Translations under genes and position numbers: made by a program
DNA from: an uncultured Candidatus Saccharibacteria bacterium
GTDB lineage: Bacteria > Patescibacteriota > Dojkabacteria > SC72
DNA length: 64,000 nt
Direction of reading: 5' to 3'
NCBI GenBank assembly: GCA_964610125.1
Contig: CAZSUV010000002.1
Location: 46,468 to 110,467 of the forward strand
The notes under the pieces: generated by a model
Database searches by the model: none
Seen by the model: only the letters and a program-made list of their open reading frames with translations
Told to the model about the DNA's origin: nothing
Part shown: positions 58,587 through 64,000 of the stretch, in pieces
Position numbering within the stretch: the first letter of the stretch is position 1
Layout: each line of letters begins with the position of its first letter

Positions 58587-58826
58587 CTCCTTTTTTTTAT
58601 ACATATGAGTTAATTTTTTTTTGAAAAAACCTTCAGTATATTCGGTCGCCACAACCATACCTTACTTATTACATATTCCTATATAAGAAATAAGGTACGG
58701 TTGTAACTATTGGAGAAGATCATTTGCCATAACCTTCCATATGATATTTGTATATAGTGGATTAAAAATAATCACACAATACAAATTATTTTAAAGAACT
58801 TTGTTTCTATTAAAAGAAACATTATA
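58587..58826 (-). promoter_or_regulatory. Cassette H leader: promoter, boxA-like motif, hairpins, SD
   Basis: Minus-strand TATAAT 58821-58826; GTTCTTTAAAAT 58788-58799; 14-bp hairpin 58651-58704; SD 58587-58592. Confidence 0.7.
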
Positions 58827-58928
58827 GAGATATAAATATCGCTAACTATGAATCTTCTAAGTATTATTGGTGGAAAAATTTTTAAAGTGCAGTTTAAAAT
58901 TTTTAAATATATTTATTAACACAATACT

Positions 58929-58956
58929 GTAGGGTAATACGTATGCATTACCCTAC
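58929..58956 (-). terminator. Hairpin downstream of the small sortase-linked gene
   Basis: GTAGGGTAAT/ATTACCCTAC. Confidence 0.6.
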
Positions 58957-58974
58957 TCTATTGGTCAAAAGCTA

Positions 58975-59199
58975 TTAAGCTTTTGCTTGATTCTTAAAGT
59001 ATTTTCCTTCTAACATTAATGCTATTCCTATACCAAAAACGATTAGAGCTACTCCAGCGAATACACTCTTGCTATCTAAAACAAAAGAAGTATCTACAGG
59101 TGTATGTCCATAACCATCAGCAAAGGTAGCAGATGTGTTTAGAAGTATTAAACCTAAAGAAGTTGCCAATACTGAAAAAGTCTTTTTCATAATTGACAC
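58975..59199 (-). CDS. Small secreted protein with C-terminal TM and basic tail (candidate sortase substrate)
   Basis: Signal peptide ending TFA, DGYGHTPVDTS, TM, GKYFKNQAKA; immediately downstream of the sortase. Confidence 0.7.
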   Translation of the reverse strand: MSIMKKTFSVLATSLGLILLNTSATFADGYGHTPVDTSFVLDSKSVFAGVALIVFGIGIALMLEGKYFKNQAKA

Positions 59200-59282
59200 A
59201 TAATAAATTTATTAATGAACTAATAGAATTATACTATAAGCCTATGAAAATATCAATATGTCCCCTGTTGGGTGAAATTATA

Positions 59283-59963
59283 TTAAACGGGATTACCGTT
59301 AATCGATATGAGATTTGCGAATCTAAATATACGAATTGGTGAGTTGTAATATTTACATGTATATAGGATTAGGTCTGCATCGATATCCTTTATATACTTA
59401 CTTTCATCCGTGACAGTTATCTCATACACATACTCTCTCTGATTCCAAATAATAGTAATATGATCTCCAACAGTAGTTTGAGGAAGATTAAAGAATGATA
59501 TTGTATTTCGGTATTCAGTACTCCAAGAAGAATAGCCAAATCTATGCGAGGCAATGATAATGGACTTGCTTGTTTCTCCAAGATAGTTTTGCTCAGGATC
59601 TGCGTAACCATATACAATCCATGGTCCCTTTTTTAGAGCTTCAGTGGAATCTTCTCCCGCTATGATTTCTGCCTTTACACCTATTCTAGAAATAACTATA
59701 GAATTCTTCTCGATTAATGATGTGTCTTTTTCTGGGAGTGTAATTTGGGGTACCTCTGTCGGCACAACTGTATTCACAACAGGTTCTGTTGTAATTGGAG
59801 TGTTTAAACTTTCAGCTTCTTTCTCTGGGGAATTTAGATTAAGTTTGTTGAATACATATGGAAGTTGAGGATATGCAAGAAGTGCAATTGCTGCGAAGCA
59901 AAGGATAGCACCAATGACTGTATAAAGATTACCGGTTACATTTAAAGCTTTTTCTTTTTTCAT
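59283..59963 (-). CDS. Sortase
   Basis: N-terminal TM; IIIASHR (His), LILYTC (Cys), downstream Arg. Confidence 0.9.
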   Translation of the reverse strand: MKKEKALNVTGNLYTVIGAILCFAAIALLAYPQLPYVFNKLNLNSPEKEAESLNTPITTEPVVNTVVPTEVPQITLPEKDTSLIEKNSIVISRIGVKAEIIAGEDSTEALKKGPWIVYGYADPEQNYLGETSKSIIIASHRFGYSSWSTEYRNTISFFNLPQTTVGDHITIIWNQREYVYEITVTDESKYIKDIDADLILYTCKYYNSPIRIFRFANLISINGNPV

Positions 59964-59984
59964 TTATGATATTTCCCAAAAGAT

Positions 59985-60617
59985 TTAAATTAATATCGGA
60001 GAATTCCCAAGGGTTCTTTCTTTCAGAAGGGTGATCCTTTCTTTTAGTGGTTTTTTATCTATGCAAAAGGTTGCAATATTGTATGGGACTACGAGTGTGG
60101 TTGGAATTGTGGATCTCCAAACAGGTACTGTAGCACTGGCTTGTATAGTTCCATTTCTAAGAGAATTGAGTAATGAGAGTGTTCTATTATTTCCATCTAT
60201 TACATGTCCTGTCGTATATGGAAGGAGTAGCTGATTTCTAAGTATAAATAATGGATAATCGGCGCCTTTTTCTTGATTAGATATGACAAGGTTAGACAAT
60301 TCATCAGATATGTTATTAATTCTTGCAATATTTTCTTGTGGCAGATAATTCTTTATTATATCCCAGTGCTTAGCAATTTCGCTTGCTTGTGATGTACCTG
60401 TTTGTTTCCAGATATCATAAGAAAATTCTCCTGGGTTTCCAACATACAACTGTAAGTTCTCCATGTCCATTAACTCTCCTACCGGGATATCTTCCTTCTC
60501 CCAGTTTTTATTTGCAAGCTCTGCAGCTATTGGGAATCTAAAATTTTCTCCTCCCCGATCTGCTTTCTCCTCTTGGATTCTAGAATAGTCTTGTTTTACT
60601 TCGCCTATATTATCCAT
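59985..60617 (-). CDS. Hypothetical protein with ParB/Srx-like motif
   Basis: HVIDGNNR resembles the ParB/sulfiredoxin IDGxxR motif. Confidence 0.5.
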   Translation of the reverse strand: MDNIGEVKQDYSRIQEEKADRGGENFRFPIAAELANKNWEKEDIPVGELMDMENLQLYVGNPGEFSYDIWKQTGTSQASEIAKHWDIIKNYLPQENIARINNISDELSNLVISNQEKGADYPLFILRNQLLLPYTTGHVIDGNNRTLSLLNSLRNGTIQASATVPVWRSTIPTTLVVPYNIATFCIDKKPLKERITLLKERTLGNSPILI

Positions 60618-60635
60618 AAATAAATATAAAATATC

Positions 60636-61430
60636 TTAATTCTTACTCTCTAAATATACCTCTAAAATCATACCACTATTATGCATCTCTTGTGCATTAG
60701 CAACCCCTATATATCTGTAATGCCAACTCTCATAGCTATATCCAGTTGTACTCTCATATCCACTAGGATAGCTAATAACAAAACCATATTTCCAGGAGTT
60801 ATCATATAACCAAGCTGCTGCTCTTGTGGTATAGAAGCTACCCCCTAACCCATCAGCTACTTCACTACTACTGAAGTCTACAGCAGTTCCTAATTGATGT
60901 TGGCTATGTCCTGCTCTAGCAGATATCTTGTCTGCTCCATCTATCCCATTTATACTTACCCAATGATTGTATGTATTTATTTGCATATTGTAAGAACGAT
61001 ATCCGGATACAATGCTCAAATCTATTGAAGCTGTTTTTGCCGCATTAACCATATTAGTAAGGTCTGGAATTACAATATTCCTAACATAATACGCACCACC
61101 AAGACGAAGTCCTGAGTTACTTGCAAGTACTAAATCACTAGGAGCATATGATTGTGGTAATTGATATTCCTTGTTAACAAGTACTAATAGGTCATCTCCA
61201 GATCTAGTGACTGGTTTAATCTCTTTGGTGTATCTCCACCATTTTGCTGCATTAGAGGTTGATACTACTGAAGGTTTAATCTCTGTACTTTGTGTATATT
61301 CAACAATTTGTTGGTTAATTGGAAGGTTTCTTTTATCCTCATTCTTTTGTGTTATGGCTATTGCTGAGTCTGGTGTAAGTCTAAAAGAGGTTGATAGGAA
61401 AGCAATAACTGCTAAAAAGGTAGTTTTCAT
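60636..61430 (-). CDS. M15B D-Ala-D-Ala carboxypeptidase (VanY-like)
   Basis: LVNK, SGYRS, SARAGHSQHQLGTAVD, YESWHYRYIG. Confidence 0.93.
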   Translation of the reverse strand: MKTTFLAVIAFLSTSFRLTPDSAIAITQKNEDKRNLPINQQIVEYTQSTEIKPSVVSTSNAAKWWRYTKEIKPVTRSGDDLLVLVNKEYQLPQSYAPSDLVLASNSGLRLGGAYYVRNIVIPDLTNMVNAAKTASIDLSIVSGYRSYNMQINTYNHWVSINGIDGADKISARAGHSQHQLGTAVDFSSSEVADGLGGSFYTTRAAAWLYDNSWKYGFVISYPSGYESTTGYSYESWHYRYIGVANAQEMHNSGMILEVYLESKN

Positions 61431-61543
61431 TCCACCATTATATCCTAAAAATATTACAAGGTGTGTATATCATATTTTAGGTCATGAAATATATTTTCAA
61501 AGGGATATACTTAGGATATATATAAATTGTTAGGAGAAATATT

Positions 61544-61747
61544 ATGAATATCAATATCATGGATATTAACAAAATGGCTCTTAACATGGAAAAGATGAAT
61601 GTTAAGTTGGAGCATCTCATTAAGCAATTGGAGAAGAATAAAGTTAAGTATCCAATAGGGTTAACGTATGACAAGTTGTACGAGGAGATAACAGCTTCAG
61701 TAGATAAAGGAATAGTAAAAAATTTTAAAATTGTAAGGATTTCGTAA
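61544..61747 (+). CDS. Small hypothetical protein
   Basis: 67-aa ORF in the intergenic space. Confidence 0.45.
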   Translation: MNINIMDINKMALNMEKMNVKLEHLIKQLEKNKVKYPIGLTYDKLYEEITASVDKGIVKNFKIVRIS

Positions 61748-61770
61748 GATTTAACATTTACAATATATCT

Positions 61771-62082
61771 ATGCTTACAAAAGAGGATTTAAAGAAAATC
61801 GAAGAATTGTTGCAACCTAAGTTTGATGCTGTTGAGCAAAGGCTAGATGTTGTTGAGAAGAGGTTGGATAACATTGTAGAAATAGTCGCACTTCACACTA
61901 CCTTGTTAAAAGACATAAATCTTAGACTAATATCCGTAGAGGGTAATGTCGAAAGAATGAGTCTTTCGATTGAAAATATTTGGTCTAAACTCAGTCTTCT
62001 CTCTGCAAAGATAAAAGTCCAAGAAGATAAAACCAATACATATAATATGCTTTTAGATAAAGGCAAGGATCGATATAAATAG
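61771..62082 (+). CDS. Coiled-coil hypothetical protein
   Basis: MLTKEDLKKI start and heptad repeats FDAVEQRLDVVEKRLD. Confidence 0.7.
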   Translation: MLTKEDLKKIEELLQPKFDAVEQRLDVVEKRLDNIVEIVALHTTLLKDINLRLISVEGNVERMSLSIENIWSKLSLLSAKIKVQEDKTNTYNMLLDKGKDRYK

Positions 62083-62092
62083 CTTTCGACTC

Positions 62093-64000
62093 TTAGAGTA
62101 AAGCTACTGTAGCTACCCTATCATCTCCACCTATATTCATAATCTTAACACCTGAGGTCTGTCTGCCAAGTTTTGGAACTGTTTTGAGTTCTGAACGTAT
62201 GACCTTAGACTTCTCAGATATGACTACAATCTCTTCTTGTTCTGGCTCTATGATTCTTGCTGTAGATATCTTTCCAGTTTTAGGAGTTACTCTAAACGTA
62301 AATACTCCGGTTCCACCTCTTTTTTGAGTTGGATATTCCTTAAGTACAGACATTTTACCGAAACCGTTCTCAGAAAGAGTTAATACCATCATATCGTTGT
62401 TTTTAACTATACCCATACCTGTTACACAGTCAGTAGTAGATTTAAACTTAATAGCTGTAACACCTCTTGTATTTCTACCCATTGGCCTTACGTCAGATTC
62501 TTTAAATCTTACAGACTTCCCTTCTGCAGTTACAATCAAAACTTCATCTTTTCCTGTAGTTGGTTTGACCCACGCTAATGAGTCCCCTGTCTCAAGCTTT
62601 ATTGCTGTCAATCCATTAGACCTAATCTTTGCAAATTCTGAAAGTTCTGTTTTCTTGATAATTCCCTTCTCAGTTACCATTAAGAAGAACTCATAAGGCA
62701 CGGCTTCCCCACTTGTTTGTTGTTCTTTAATTACTCCCTTTGGATCTCTTGTTAAAACGGATGTAATTATTTCTTCTGGTTCTAATTGTACAAGATTTAC
62801 TAATGGTAATCCTTTTGCAGTTCTACCATATTCAGGTATTTCAAAGATTCTTAGATTGAAGACCTTTCCTCTATTGGTGAAAAGTAATAGCTCATCATGG
62901 GTATTACATAGGAATGCATGTTCAATGAAATCGCCTTCCTTAGTATCTCCACCTGAGACTCCTTTTCCACCTCGCTTTTGTGCTTTGTATGTATCAGGGG
63001 TTAGTCGTTTGATGTATCCAGAATGGGTTATGGTTACTAACATATCTTCTGATGCAATCATATCCTCTTCGGAGATTTCATCTATCTTACCCTTTATGAC
63101 CTTAGATCTTCTCTCATCTCCATATTTCTCTTTTACTTCCTCTAAATCTTCATTGATGATTTCAAGTATTCTAGCAGGATTTTCCAATATTGCATTGTAT
63201 GTTTTAATATTTTCTTGTAGTTCCTTGTACTCATTTTCTAATTTCATTCTTTCGAGTGCAGCTAGTCTTCTAAGTTGCATATCTAAGATTGCTTGAGCTT
63301 GTACTTCTGTAAACTTGAACTTGTCCATCAAATTGGTTTTCGCAGTTTCCTGAGTTTTGGAAGTACGAATGGTTGTAATAACCTCGTCAAGTAAATCTAA
63401 AGCTTTGATTAATCCTTCCAAGATATGTGCTCTAAATCTTGCTTCTGCAAGATCAAATTCATATCTACGAATGGTAACTGTCATTCTAAATGACAAGAAT
63501 AGCTCCAAGATTCTCTTCAATGGTAGTGTCTTTGGCTGTTGTTCTACTAATGCAATCATATTCATGTTGAATACCTTTTGCATTTCGGTATATTTGTAGA
63601 GCTTGTTTAATACTGCCTTTGGTTGTGCTTCTCTCTTTAATACGATTACTATTCTTAATCCTTCTCTACTGGACTCATCCCTAATATCCGCAATACCTTC
63701 CAATTTCTTCTCTTTGACTAAGTCAGCCATTCTCTCAATCATGTGTGCCTTGTTTACTTGGAATGGTATCTCTGTAACTATGATATTGAATCTGCCTTGT
63801 TTGCCTTCTACAATGGAAGCCTTTGCTCTTTGTAAAACTCTTCCTCTACCGGTTGCATATGCATTTAAGATTTCTTTTTGATCATAGATAGTTGCACCGG
63901 TTGGAAAATCAGGTCCAGGAATGATCTCTATTAAGTCTAATGGAGATATTTCGGATTTGAAGTCTGGGTACAGAACATTATTTTCAAGAGCGATTTTCTC
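62093..64000 (-). CDS. gyrA: DNA gyrase subunit A (5' part outside the window)
   Basis: Frame open to 64000 (IIPGPDFPTG); QAQAILDMQLRRL; GyrA-box QKRGGKG; C-terminal pinwheel repeats. Confidence 0.97.
   Translation of the reverse strand, partial: EKIALENNVLYPDFKSEISPLDLIEIIPGPDFPTGATIYDQKEILNAYATGRGRVLQRAKASIVEGKQGRFNIIVTEIPFQVNKAHMIERMADLVKEKKLEGIADIRDESSREGLRIVIVLKREAQPKAVLNKLYKYTEMQKVFNMNMIALVEQQPKTLPLKRILELFLSFRMTVTIRRYEFDLAEARFRAHILEGLIKALDLLDEVITTIRTSKTQETAKTNLMDKFKFTEVQAQAILDMQLRRLAALERMKLENEYKELQENIKTYNAILENPARILEIINEDLEEVKEKYGDERRSKVIKGKIDEISEEDMIASEDMLVTITHSGYIKRLTPDTYKAQKRGGKGVSGGDTKEGDFIEHAFLCNTHDELLLFTNRGKVFNLRIFEIPEYGRTAKGLPLVNLVQLEPEEIITSVLTRDPKGVIKEQQTSGEAVPYEFFLMVTEKGIIKKTELSEFAKIRSNGLTAIKLETGDSLAWVKPTTGKDEVLIVTAEGKSVRFKESDVRPMGRNTRGVTAIKFKSTTDCVTGMGIVKNNDMMVLTLSENGFGKMSVLKEYPTQKRGGTGVFTFRVTPKTGKISTARIIEPEQEEIVVISEKSKVIRSELKTVPKLGRQTSGVKIMNIGGDDRVATVALL

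Noticed and set aside
5747-63881. Numerous antisense ORFs in the ORF track (e.g. 5747..6367, 31000..31542, 49087..49761, 51115..51705)
   Set aside because: They are shadows of well-supported genes on the opposite strand with no motifs of their own.

Overview
AT-rich bacterial chromosome segment (genetic code 11). Gene content points to a Patescibacteria/CPR genome, plausibly Dojkabacteria (WS6); this is inferred from AMP phosphorylase plus ribose-1,5-bisphosphate isomerase, a stand-alone VirD4/VirB4-like ATPase, a sortase, and mostly SD-less core genes. It carries housekeeping genes (ychF, rpsF-ssb-rpsR, prfA-prmC, rpmE, dnaB, yebC-ruvCAB, gyrA, cca), tRNA-Ser(TGA) and tRNA-Leu(CAA), glycosyltransferases and envelope proteases. 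Gene orientation converges at about 50.35 kb next to a single Xer-type recombinase with a 28-bp dif-like site upstream (48771-48798), so this is probably the replication terminus. The main discovery is ten ORFan genes scattered between core genes that share one non-coding frame: a sigma70-type promoter, a boxA-like motif, a canonical Shine-Dalgarno that most core genes lack, and the ORF followed by a hairpin. In nine of the ten, a 3' trailer is complementary to the 5' leader, so the ORF is closed into a loop. Three tandem pairs share flanks but carry unrelated ORFs. All alignments were done by eye; no searches or folding programs were run.
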